Below, one piece after another: positions 54,095 through 64,000 of a stretch of 64,000 bases of DNA. Location of the stretch: the NCBI GenBank assembly GCA_963828165.1, contig CAWHDR010000001.1, positions 672,001 to 736,000 of the forward strand. Reading direction: 5' to 3'. Source of the stretch: an uncultured Chloroflexia bacterium (GTDB lineage Bacteria; Chloroflexota; Limnocylindria; Limnocylindrales; CSP1-4). The position numbers and the translations under genes were made by a program. Below the pieces are notes generated by a model, which had not been told where the DNA came from, did not search any database, and worked only from the letters and a program-made list of their open reading frames with translations. The stretch's first letter is position 1, and each line of letters starts with the position of its first letter.

Positions 54095-56322
54095 CCGTCG
54101 CGATCTCGGGATCCACGAGCGCGGGCGGCGGGGTCAGTACGACCAATGCATCGACCGCCAGGGCGCCACGCGCGGACGCGATGACCGGATTCAGGTCGAC
54201 CTCGGCGACGTCCGGCCGAGCGTCGCCGAGCCGGGAGAGCGCGACGATGAGGTCCGCGACGGCGCCGCGGTCGACCGGCGAGCTGCCGCGCACCCCATCG
54301 AGGAGGCGAGCGCCGCGCAGCTCCGCGAGCATCGCGAGCGCCGTCTCGCGATCGACCGGGGCCAGGCGGATCGCCACGTCGTCGAGCAGCTCTGTGAGCA
54401 CGCCCCCGAGTCCGACGACGACCGCCGGCCCGAACGATGCGTCGCGGCGGAGCCCCACGATGAGCTCGACGCCGGCCTCGGCCATCGGCTCGACCAGGAG
54501 CCCGCGCACGGCCAGGCCGTGGGCACGCGCGGCGACCAGGAGGTCGCCGGCGGCGGCCTTGACCGGCGCATCTCCAGCGAGGCCGAGCCGGACCAAGCCG
54601 AGGTCGCTCTTGTGCGGCCAATCCGACCGCGTCGACCTTGAGCGCAACGGCCCGCCCGCCGAACGATCGGGCGGCCTCGACTGCGGCGGCGGCGTCCGGA
54701 ACCGCCCTGGCCTCGGTCATCGGCAAGCCGGCCTCGCGCAGCAACGCCAGGCTCTCGGCCTCCGACAGGGCGCGCGGAGGGTCGGTCGACCCGGCCGCGC
54801 CCTCCGGATCCAGCCCGTATGCCGTGCGATCCGCGGCGAGCGCCGGCCACCCGGCCCGCCATGGCCCCCGATCGAGCCGTCGGGTCCGCGCCCCCTCCCA
54901 GCGCGCGACCGACGCGATCGCCGTGAAGGCCTCGAGCGCGCCGCGCAGCAGCGGGGCGCCATCACCCAGCTCGTCCAGCACGGCCTTCGTCTCCGGTGGC
55001 GGCTCCCCGGACGTCAATGACACGTACACCGGCAGGATGTGCGGTCGGTCACGGGTCGCGGCCAGGAGCTGGAGTGTCACGTCATTCGCGGTGGCAACCT
55101 CCGCCGGCATCGACTTGTACGGGAAGTCGTGCACCAGCACCAGCACGTCGTAGGCGTCCGACGCCGCCATCGACTCGAAGGCGGCGCCGTAGGCAGTCGG
55201 CGGGTCGGCCGCGCCCCACGGGTCCATCGGGTTCCCCACATAGCCCATCGTCGGGAGGTGCTCGAGGATGCGGGCACGGGCACGCTCGGGCAGCGGCGGC
55301 AGGTCGATCCCGGTCCGCGGCGCGAGATCCGCCACGAGCGATGCCTCTCCCGTGCTGACGGTGACGACACCCGTCCGCCCACGGCCCACCGATCGGCGCG
55401 TCCGGCGGAGTCCCTCGACGAGCTCGGCGGTCTCGAGCAGCTCGTCGAGGTCGGCGCAACGGATCACGCCCGCCGCGTCAAGTGCCGCATCGGTCACGCG
55501 CGTCTCGCCCGCCAGCGAGCCGGAATGCGCGACGGATGAGGCCTGCGCCTGGTCGCTCCGACCCACCTTGACCACCATGATCGGCTTGCCCAGCTCGAGC
55601 GCGCGGTCGGCGAGGGCCAGGAAGCGCTCCGGGCGCTTGAATCCTTCGAGGAAGAGGATGACCGACGTCGTTTCCGGGTCATCCAGGCAATACGCCAGGT
55701 AATCGCAGACGTCGAGGACGACCTCGGTCCCGCAGCTGATGATCCTCGTGAACCCGACCCGCGATCCAGAATGGATGAAGGCGTCGGTGACGGACCCGGA
55801 CTGCGCGATGCCGGCCACGCCGCCGCGCGGGAGGTAGGGCGAGACGTCGCCGATGTACGCCGAGGAATTGACGGTCAGATCCATCACCCCCATACAGTTG
55901 GGGCCGACTAATGCGAGCCCGTGTTCACGCGCGATGTCCGCGACCTCTCGCTGCATCGTGGCGGCCGCTTCGCCACCCTCGACCACGCCGCCGCCGGGGA
56001 TGATCACGGCCGGGATGCCGGCCGCGGCGGCGTCCCGCGTCACCATCGCGGCCCGCAACGGGTTCAGGGCCACGAGCGCGATATCCGGACGTTCGGGGAG
56101 CGCGTCGAGCGTCGGGTAGCAGGGTTGCCCGTGGAGCTCTTCATAGCGCGGGTTGACGAAGTGGCAGCGCGTGGCGCTGCGGGTCGCGCGCAGATTGTCA
56201 CGGACGGTCTCCGCGATCCAGCTGCGCGGCGACGCCCCGACCACCGCGATCGACCGAGGGGCAAACAGGGGCCGGAGGTCGATCGTGCCGGCTGCAGCGG
56301 TCACGTCGGTCACGTCGGTCAC
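54087..56322 (-). CDS. ADP-forming acyl-CoA ligase (CoA-binding + ATP-grasp fusion); +1 frameshift near 54619
   Basis: PRSIAVVGAS, LVGPNCMG, AQSG, AHSGSLAG, NPMD; after removing one base it continues HKSDLGLV...FGPAVVVGLGG...DLNPV. Confidence 0.88.
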
Positions 56323-56332
56323 GTCGCGCCCG

Positions 56333-57511
56333 TCACCCGACCACGCGGTCGACGCCACGCTTCTCGAGCGCACGGGCGATGATCAGACGCTGGATCTCCG
56401 AGGTCCCTTCCCAGATCCGGTCCACGCGGAGCTCGCGGAAGAACCGCTCGGCCGGGTACTCGCGCATGTAGCCCCGCCCACCGAACACCTGGACCACCCG
56501 GTCGGCGCAGCGGAAGGCCGCTTCCGAGGCGAACAGCTTGGCCATGGATGCCTTGGCATGGACCACCTTCGGGTCCGCTCGGCTGTCGGCCAGCCAGGCC
56601 GCCTCGCGGGTGAGCAGCCGCGCCGCCGCCGCGTCGGCCGCCGAATCGGCCAGGGGGAATGACACGCCCTGGAAGTCGAGCAGACGCTGCCCGAACTGGA
56701 CCCGCTCGCCGGCCCACTCGACCGCCAGCGTAAGCAGCCGCTCCATCGCCCCCGTGCAACGGGCCCCGATGTGGATGCGCTCCTCGACGAACCACTCGTT
56801 GGTGAGCTCGTCGGCCGCTCCCACGCCGCCCAACACCGCCGACTCGGGCACGCGGACATCCGACAGCACGAACTGGGGGTGCCGGTCGGCGAAGGTGTGC
56901 ATGTAGTCGGGGTCGTGGGCCATGGTGACGCCCGGAATGTCGTAATCCACGAGGAACAGCGTCGGCAGGCGTTCCGCTCCATCCACGACCAGGCAATGGA
57001 AGATCATGAAATCGGTCTCGTCCGGGGGTCCCGTCACGAACCATTTCTCCCCGTTGAGCACGTACTCCCCCGTGGCCCCGTCACGGACCGCCGTGGCGGT
57101 GAGGGCGCGGGCATCGGAGCCGGCGCCGGGCTCGGTGACGGCGTAGCTCCCGAAGCGCTCCCCGGTCAGGCTCGGGTCGAGGTAGCGTGCCCGCTGCTCC
57201 GGGGAGCTGTGGGTGAGGGCGTTGTACGCCCCGGGGATGAACGACCAGAGACCGCCGGTCGACTGGCCGAGCTGTTCATGCACCAGCACCTGCTCGAGCA
57301 TCGTCCAGCCCTGCCCGCCGACGTCGCGCGGAAAGGACCCGCCCACCAGCCGGGCGGCGAGCGACGCCTCGCGGATCCGGGCCTTGGCCGCCGCTGGCAA
57401 CCGCCCGCCGGCCGCCTCGAACTCGCCCTCGAGCGGCTGCAGGACCTCGCGGGTGAACGCGCGCGCTCGACCCTGGAGCTCGAGCTGGTCGTCGCTGAGT
57501 GTCAGGTCCAC
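56333..57511 (-). CDS. Acyl-CoA dehydrogenase
   Basis: AVTEPGAGSD, LNGEKWFVT, RVQFG, QVFGGRGY, RIWEGTSEIQ. Confidence 0.95.
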   Translation of the reverse strand: MDLTLSDDQLELQGRARAFTREVLQPLEGEFEAAGGRLPAAAKARIREASLAARLVGGSFPRDVGGQGWTMLEQVLVHEQLGQSTGGLWSFIPGAYNALTHSSPEQRARYLDPSLTGERFGSYAVTEPGAGSDARALTATAVRDGATGEYVLNGEKWFVTGPPDETDFMIFHCLVVDGAERLPTLFLVDYDIPGVTMAHDPDYMHTFADRHPQFVLSDVRVPESAVLGGVGAADELTNEWFVEERIHIGARCTGAMERLLTLAVEWAGERVQFGQRLLDFQGVSFPLADSAADAAAARLLTREAAWLADSRADPKVVHAKASMAKLFASEAAFRCADRVVQVFGGRGYMREYPAERFFRELRVDRIWEGTSEIQRLIIARALEKRGVDRVVG

Positions 57512-57636
57512 CCCGCAAGCATGGCGCACGCCGGGGCCGGGACATGACCGCAGTCGCGGGCCGCGGGACGGTCCCTCGAAGCGACGGGATCGCGCGCGCT
57601 CCGGCACCCGCGTGGGGCGGGCGTGAGCCGCCAGCC

Positions 57637-58245
57637 TCACCGATCGGCGAGGGCGAGCCTGCCGGCCAGCACGGCGAACGTGCCGGCGAAGATGCGGCGC
57701 ATCCAGGTCAACACTCGAGGCCGCGAGATCACGTGGCTCCGGATCCCAGCCGCGAAGATCCCGTAGACGACGAAGACGGCGAACGTGACGAGCATGAAGA
57801 CCGCGCTGAGCTCGAGCATGCGCAGCGACGCCCGCGTCTCCGTGGCGCTCACGAACTGCGGCAGGAAGGCGAAGAAGAAGATCGTGAGCTTCGGATTGAG
57901 GATGTTGATCAGGATGCCGGAGGTGATCACCTTCATCGGGGAGATCGGTGGCGACTCCTCGACGCTGAGTGCCTCCTTGTCCCGGAGCGTGCTCCACGCC
58001 ATGAACAGCAGGTAGGCGACGCCCAGGTACTTCAGGATCTCGAACGCGAGGGCACTCGTGTGCAGCAGCGCGGCGAGCCCCGTGATCGCCGCGACCATGT
58101 GCGGAACGATGCCGAGGGTGCAGCCGATCGCGGCGATGACGCTGGCCCTGGCACCGCGCGAGAGGCCGGCCGCCAGCGTGTAGAGGACGCCCGTGCCGGG
58201 CGTCGCGACGACGATGAGCGTCGTCAGCAGGAACTCCGTGCTCAC
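57637..58245 (-). CDS. LysE/RhtB family translocator
   Basis: ATPGTG, KYLGVAYL, NILNPK, AFLPQF. Confidence 0.93.
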   Translation of the reverse strand: MSTEFLLTTLIVVATPGTGVLYTLAAGLSRGARASVIAAIGCTLGIVPHMVAAITGLAALLHTSALAFEILKYLGVAYLLFMAWSTLRDKEALSVEESPPISPMKVITSGILINILNPKLTIFFFAFLPQFVSATETRASLRMLELSAVFMLVTFAVFVVYGIFAAGIRSHVISRPRVLTWMRRIFAGTFAVLAGRLALADR

Positions 58246-58285
58246 CGCGACATTCGGGGCGCGGCGGGGCCGGCAGTCTCGTCGG

Positions 58286-59728
<1,443 letters not shown>

Positions 59729-59810
59729 GCGAGCGGCTCCTGCGAGGGCGATGCGGTACGGTCGCATCATACGTCCGAGCCCCTCGACGCCATCTCCGGA
59801 GGATCAAGCC

Positions 59811-60632
59811 ATGGCCCAGCGGATCGACCTGCGCGATGCCCTCCGGGTGCGTCCCGGCTCTCGAGTCCGACTGGCAGGGCGGGACCATGGTGAGACGCAC
59901 GGTCGGGACAAGGAGACCGCCTCGGTGGCGCTCGCGACGCAGTTGGGCCGGCTGGCCGACCTCCAGGACCGCTTCTGGGCGGAAGGCAAGCGTTCGATCC
60001 TGGTCGTGCTGCAGGGCATCGACGCGGCCGGCAAGGACGGCACGATCAACAAGGTCATGGAGGCGTTCAACCCGCAGGGCTGTCCCGTGACGAGCTTCAA
60101 GGTCCCGTCCGCCGAGGAACTGGCCCACGACTTTCTGTGGCGCGTCCACCACAAGGCGCCGCGCAGGGGCGAGATCGGCATCTTCAATCGATCGCACTAC
60201 GAGGACGTGCTGGTCGTCCGCGTGCATGACCTCGTGCCGCGCAAGGTGTGGTCCGCGCGCTACGACCAGATCAACGACTTCGAGCGGATCCTGGCCGACA
60301 ACGGGACCACCGTGGTCAAGTTCTTCCTTGCCATCGACCAGGACGAGCAGCGGGAGCGGTTCCAGGCGCGCTACGACGACCCGACGAAACGCTGGAAGTT
60401 CTCGATGGGCGATCTCGAGGAACGCAAGCTCTGGGACGACTACCAGGCGGCGTTCGACGACGCTCTCTCGAAGACGTCGACCGCGCTGGCGCCGTGGTAC
60501 GTCATCCCCGCCAACCGGAAGTGGTTCCGGAACCTGGCCGTGGCCACGATCCTCGCCGACACGATGGCCGCGCTCAAGCCGGCCTATCCGCCCGTGGCCG
60601 ACGACGTGCCCGCCGACCTCGTCATCGACTGA
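59811..60632 (+). CDS. ppk2: Polyphosphate kinase 2 family (likely class III)
   Basis: QGIDAAGKDG, FKVPS, FNRSHYEDVL, WKFS, APWYVIPAN. Confidence 0.93.
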   Translation: MAQRIDLRDALRVRPGSRVRLAGRDHGETHGRDKETASVALATQLGRLADLQDRFWAEGKRSILVVLQGIDAAGKDGTINKVMEAFNPQGCPVTSFKVPSAEELAHDFLWRVHHKAPRRGEIGIFNRSHYEDVLVVRVHDLVPRKVWSARYDQINDFERILADNGTTVVKFFLAIDQDEQRERFQARYDDPTKRWKFSMGDLEERKLWDDYQAAFDDALSKTSTALAPWYVIPANRKWFRNLAVATILADTMAALKPAYPPVADDVPADLVID

Positions 60633-60665
60633 GGCGACGGGGGCGACGGGCGGCGCGGGGCGAGC

Positions 60666-61679
60666 CTAAGCCTGGAGCCGGAGCTCCAGACGCTCCACGA
60701 AGTCGACGAGCCAGCCACCGGCGGCTCCGGCGTGCTCACCCATCTCCGCCGGCTCCAGCCCGACCATGGCACGCGACCAGGCCGAGCTCTTGCCGATCTG
60801 GGCAAGGTCCATCGCCAGGCTCGCGACCTCTGCCAGGCCCGAGCGCGGCAGCACGTCGGTCCACGCTTCGGTGTAGGCGTCGCGCACCCGGGCGAGTTCC
60901 GCGCCGTACGGATCCAGTCCCGTGCGATATCCGATCGAACGGAGGGTCGTCGTCAGCGTTCCGAATGGGTGGGCCAGGGTCGCATCGCCCCAGTCGAAGA
61001 ACCGGATGCCCTCCACCCCGGCGAGGATGTTGCCACCATGGAGATCGCCATGCTCGATCGTGGGGCTGATCCCGCTGCTCGCCAGCGTCGCGGACAGGGC
61101 CGCGACGTCCGCCCGACGGCGTACCAGGACGTCGCGCGCCCTGCGGCCGGGTACGACGTCATCGGGGTCGAGCCTGGCCCAGATCGGATCCGATGCGACG
61201 AGTCCGTCGAGGACGGCCGTGAGTCGCGCCGGTCGCTCATCGGGGACGCCAGCCGCTACCAGCGCATCGGCGCGTCCCTCCACGGATCGCTGCAGCTCCG
61301 CGTAGACCGGCATCAGGCGGACCCAGGCATCCAGATCGTGGTCCCCACGCTCATCCGGCGCGAGGTCGCGCAACCTCGGCCCACCGTCCGGCAGGAGCAT
61401 CCACCCCCGGCCGGCGTCCACGGCCAGCGGCAGCAACACATGCCCGGTCCCCCATGTCGCGAACCGCTGCAGCAGCGCGGCCTCGTGTGGCGGACCGGGG
61501 CCGGTGGCCTTGCACCAGAACGGGCCCGCGTCGGTCGGGATGCGGAAGACCGTCGACCACGGCCGGATGTGCGGCTGCTCGACGGCGCCGACGACCCGAT
61601 GGCCGGCTGCCTCGAGACTCGCTGTCGCCCAGGTCAGGATCTCGCTTCGCCGGGCCGGGTCCGCCCAGGGCGTGGGCAC
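60666..61679 (-). CDS. Aminoglycoside-phosphotransferase-like kinase
   Basis: RPWSTV, WCKA, HGDLHGGN, FFDWGDA. Confidence 0.85.
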   Translation of the reverse strand: MPTPWADPARRSEILTWATASLEAAGHRVVGAVEQPHIRPWSTVFRIPTDAGPFWCKATGPGPPHEAALLQRFATWGTGHVLLPLAVDAGRGWMLLPDGGPRLRDLAPDERGDHDLDAWVRLMPVYAELQRSVEGRADALVAAGVPDERPARLTAVLDGLVASDPIWARLDPDDVVPGRRARDVLVRRRADVAALSATLASSGISPTIEHGDLHGGNILAGVEGIRFFDWGDATLAHPFGTLTTTLRSIGYRTGLDPYGAELARVRDAYTEAWTDVLPRSGLAEVASLAMDLAQIGKSSAWSRAMVGLEPAEMGEHAGAAGGWLVDFVERLELRLQA

Positions 61680-61701
61680 GCTCGGGGTCGCGCTCAGCGC
61701 G

Positions 61702-63378
61702 TCAGCGGCCCTTCCCGCCGCCGAAGAGGACGCCGAAGACGCCGCGCACGATGTCCTGGCCGAGCCGTGAGGTCACGACCTTGCCCCCCGTCCGCAGGGC
61801 GGTATCGATGGTCTTCTGGCGCGCCTTCGCGGCGGCCACCGCGGCCTTCTCGTCCGCCTTTCGCTGCCGCTCTGCCTCGCGCTGGGCGCGCACCTCCGCG
61901 GCCTCGATGGCCTTCTGCTGGCGTGCGAGCTCGCGTGCCTGCTGGGCGGGCGTCATGTCGTTGAGGCCACCGGCAGTGGTCGGATCGAGCCCGGCGCGCG
62001 TAGCCGCCTCGACGGCCGCGGTGCGCGCACTGGCGATCCGTGCCGTGATGCGTTCGTGGGCGCTGTCGCGGTCCACGGTGGGGCCGTACTTCGTCTGGAA
62101 GGTGCTCGCAGCCACCGTCGCGGCGAACTCATCAGGTGGCATCTGGGCCATGAGGGAGTCCGGCGGCAGCAGCCGGGTCGCAGCCAGCGGCGTCGGCACG
62201 CCGCGCGGGGTCAAGACCGTCACGAGAGCCTCGCCCGTTCCCAGCGAAGTGATGGTCTTCTCGACGTCGTAGAACTCGGTCATCGGGAACGTCCGCGCGG
62301 TCTTGCGCAGGGCATCGGCGTCGTCCGGCGTGAAGGCCCGCAGGGCGTGCTGCACCCGGTTGCCCAGCTGAGCCAGCACGGACGCCGGAACATCCGTCGG
62401 CGCCTGGGTCACGAAGTAGATGCCGACGCCCTTGGAGCGGATGAGCCGCGCGGTTCGCTCCACCTGGTCCATGAGCGCCTCGGACGCGTCATCGAACAGC
62501 AGGTGCGCCTCGTCGAAGAAGAAGCACAGCTTCGGCTTGGGCAGGTCGCCGACCTCCGGAAGACTCTCGTACAGCTGGGCCAGCATCCAGAGCATGAAGG
62601 TCGAGAACAGTCGCGGTTGGTCCATCACGTCCGAGAGCTCGAGGATGCTGACGACGCCCTGCCCGTCGGGCGTGGTTCGGAGCAGGTCGTCGACGTCGAA
62701 CTCCGGCTCGCCGAAGAACACGTCCGCGCCCTCCTGCTCGAGCACGACGATCGAACGCAGGAGCACCCCGACCGAGGCCGCCGACATCCCGCCGTACTCC
62801 TCGAGGATCGGCTTTCCCTCGTCCGAGGCCAGGAACTTGAGGGTCGTGGCCAGGTCCCTGAGATCGAGGAGCGGCAGGTCGTTGTCGTCGCAGTACTTGA
62901 AGATGAGCGCGAGGATGCTTGTCTGGGTCTCGTTGAGGTCGAGCACCTTGCCGAGCAGCAGCGGTCCGAAGGAATGGACCGTGGCGCGGACCTGAGCGCC
63001 CTGCTTGCCGGTCAGCGAGAGGAACTCGACCGGATGGCCACGGGCCTCGAATTCCCAGGCGAGCGATGTCGCCCGCTCGACGACCTTGGGATTGGCGGCG
63101 TCGCCGGGCAGGGCGATCCCCGACAGGTCGCCCTTGATGTCGGCCGCGAAGACCGGCACGCCGGCCTTGGACAGCTGGCCGGCCAGCAGCTGGAGGGTCT
63201 TGGTCTTGCCCGTGCCGGTCGCCCCCGCGATGAGCCCGTGGCGGTTGAGCATCGAGAGGGCCACCTGGACCCGCGCCTCGTTGACGAGCTCGCCCTCATG
63301 CATCGCGCTGCCGATGACGAGCGTGGGCTCATCGAACGTGTAGCCGGTGGCGATCGCGTCGCGAAACGCCTGGTCCAT
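61702..63378 (-). CDS. HerA-like ATPase (DUF853/YjgR family)
   Basis: NRHGLIAGATGTGKT, FFDEAHLLF, RSKGVG, QLGNRVQHALRAFTP. Confidence 0.94.
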   Translation of the reverse strand: MDQAFRDAIATGYTFDEPTLVIGSAMHEGELVNEARVQVALSMLNRHGLIAGATGTGKTKTLQLLAGQLSKAGVPVFAADIKGDLSGIALPGDAANPKVVERATSLAWEFEARGHPVEFLSLTGKQGAQVRATVHSFGPLLLGKVLDLNETQTSILALIFKYCDDNDLPLLDLRDLATTLKFLASDEGKPILEEYGGMSAASVGVLLRSIVVLEQEGADVFFGEPEFDVDDLLRTTPDGQGVVSILELSDVMDQPRLFSTFMLWMLAQLYESLPEVGDLPKPKLCFFFDEAHLLFDDASEALMDQVERTARLIRSKGVGIYFVTQAPTDVPASVLAQLGNRVQHALRAFTPDDADALRKTARTFPMTEFYDVEKTITSLGTGEALVTVLTPRGVPTPLAATRLLPPDSLMAQMPPDEFAATVAASTFQTKYGPTVDRDSAHERITARIASARTAAVEAATRAGLDPTTAGGLNDMTPAQQARELARQQKAIEAAEVRAQREAERQRKADEKAAVAAAKARQKTIDTALRTGGKVVTSRLGQDIVRGVFGVLFGGGKGR

Positions 63379-63497
63379 GCGCTGTCATCGCCTCCGATGG
63401 GGGTGGTCGGCTGGGAAGCGCAAGGGTAGCATCGGCCCCGTGGCGGGAACCGCGATCGTCACGATCCGGCCGACGGACATGAGAAGGGAGGGTGCAG

Positions 63498-63896
63498 ATG
63501 CTGTCCGAGTTCAAGGGATTCCTGCTCAAGACGAACGCGCTGGCCCTGGCCATCGGCGTGATCATCGGTGCCGCGCTCGGTACCGTGGTGACATCGTTGG
63601 TCGAGGACATCATCATGCCCCCGATCGGTCTCGCCCTCGGCGGCGTCGATTTCGCGGACCTGAAGCTGGTCCTGAAGGACGCCGCGGGCGGCGATCCGGC
63701 GACCGAGGTGGCGATCCGCTGGGGCGAATTCCTCAATGCCGTCATCACGTTCGTCGTGATCGCCTTCGTCGTCTGGCAGATCAGCAAGATGTTCATCAAG
63801 GAAGATCCCGAGGCCGAGGTCAAGACCTGCCCGTACTGCAAGGAACCGAACGCGATCGACGCCACGAAGTGCAAGGCGTGCGCCAGCGCGATCTGA
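63498..63896 (+). CDS. mscL: Large-conductance mechanosensitive channel with C-terminal CxxC-x10-CxxC
   Basis: EFKGFL, LAIGVIIGAA, SLVEDIIMP, WGEFLNAVITF; tail CPYC...CKAC. Confidence 0.93.
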   Translation: MLSEFKGFLLKTNALALAIGVIIGAALGTVVTSLVEDIIMPPIGLALGGVDFADLKLVLKDAAGGDPATEVAIRWGEFLNAVITFVVIAFVVWQISKMFIKEDPEAEVKTCPYCKEPNAIDATKCKACASAI

Positions 63897-63916
63897 TGGC
63901 GCCCTAGGCGTCAGGA

Positions 63917-64000
63917 TCAGGCGTCCGGGCTCGGATAACTGCCCAGGACGCGCGTCATCGTCGTCACGTCGCGGACCTTCTCGAGCGCCGCGGCCATCGC
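63917..64000 (-). CDS. pheA: Prephenate dehydratase, C-terminal end (partial)
   Basis: Minus-strand translation AMAAALEKVRDVTTMTRVLGSYPSPDA*; VLGSYP is the typical PheA ACT-domain ending. Only 27 residues are visible. Confidence 0.7.
   Translation of the reverse strand, partial: AMAAALEKVRDVTTMTRVLGSYPSPDA

Noticed and set aside
52883-54184. C-terminal part of the 1439-aa ORF suggesting a giant fusion
   Set aside because: Result of a +1 frameshift; the tail is off-frame and then antisense to the enoyl-CoA hydratase.
54087-56322. Programmed frameshift or pseudogene in the ADP-forming ligase
   Set aside because: No slippery heptamer, both halves are intact, and the single extra base resembles the other probable sequencing indels.
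56299-56325. 9-bp tandem repeat (GTGACCGAC units on the minus strand) at the ligase start
   Set aside because: In-frame microduplication that only gives alternative GTG starts.
61702-63378. HerA-like ATPase as an anti-phage defence gene
   Set aside because: It is the widespread DUF853/YjgR type, with no adjacent nuclease or SIR2 partner.

Overview
High-GC, gene-dense bacterial chromosome segment. The lack of outer-membrane export genes, the probable leaderless genes and the protein families suggest a monoderm, possibly Chloroflexota (Limnocylindria-like); this is inference only. Left part (1-21.2 kb): MttB-family methyltransferase (partial), MacAB-like ABC exporter plus a two-component system, acyl-CoA synthetase, an atypical subtilase, a degenerate lysine 5,6-aminomutase alpha homolog, DppA, a MoaD-MoaE fusion and several membrane/secreted proteins. 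Centre (about 22.8-48.7 kb): a surface/exopolysaccharide locus with Wzc-like kinase, Gmd/Fcl, Wzy-like polymerase, a Wzx-GNAT fusion, priming transferase, GT2/GT4/GT26/GT87 and a CDP-sugar module. It contains three paralogous exported beta-helix proteins, one preceded by a GEMM-I (c-di-GMP-I fold) riboswitch with A at the G20 position, the signature of 3',3'-cGAMP-sensing variants, and a visible RBS-sequestering platform. Right part (49-64 kb): microproteins, a modular sugar-dehydrogenase-like surface protein, an acyl-CoA catabolic operon, LysE, ALDH, PPK2, a phosphotransferase, DUF853 ATPase, MscL and the 3' end of pheA. Three small frameshifts probably reflect sequencing error. No rRNA, tRNA, CRISPR array or mobile element was seen.
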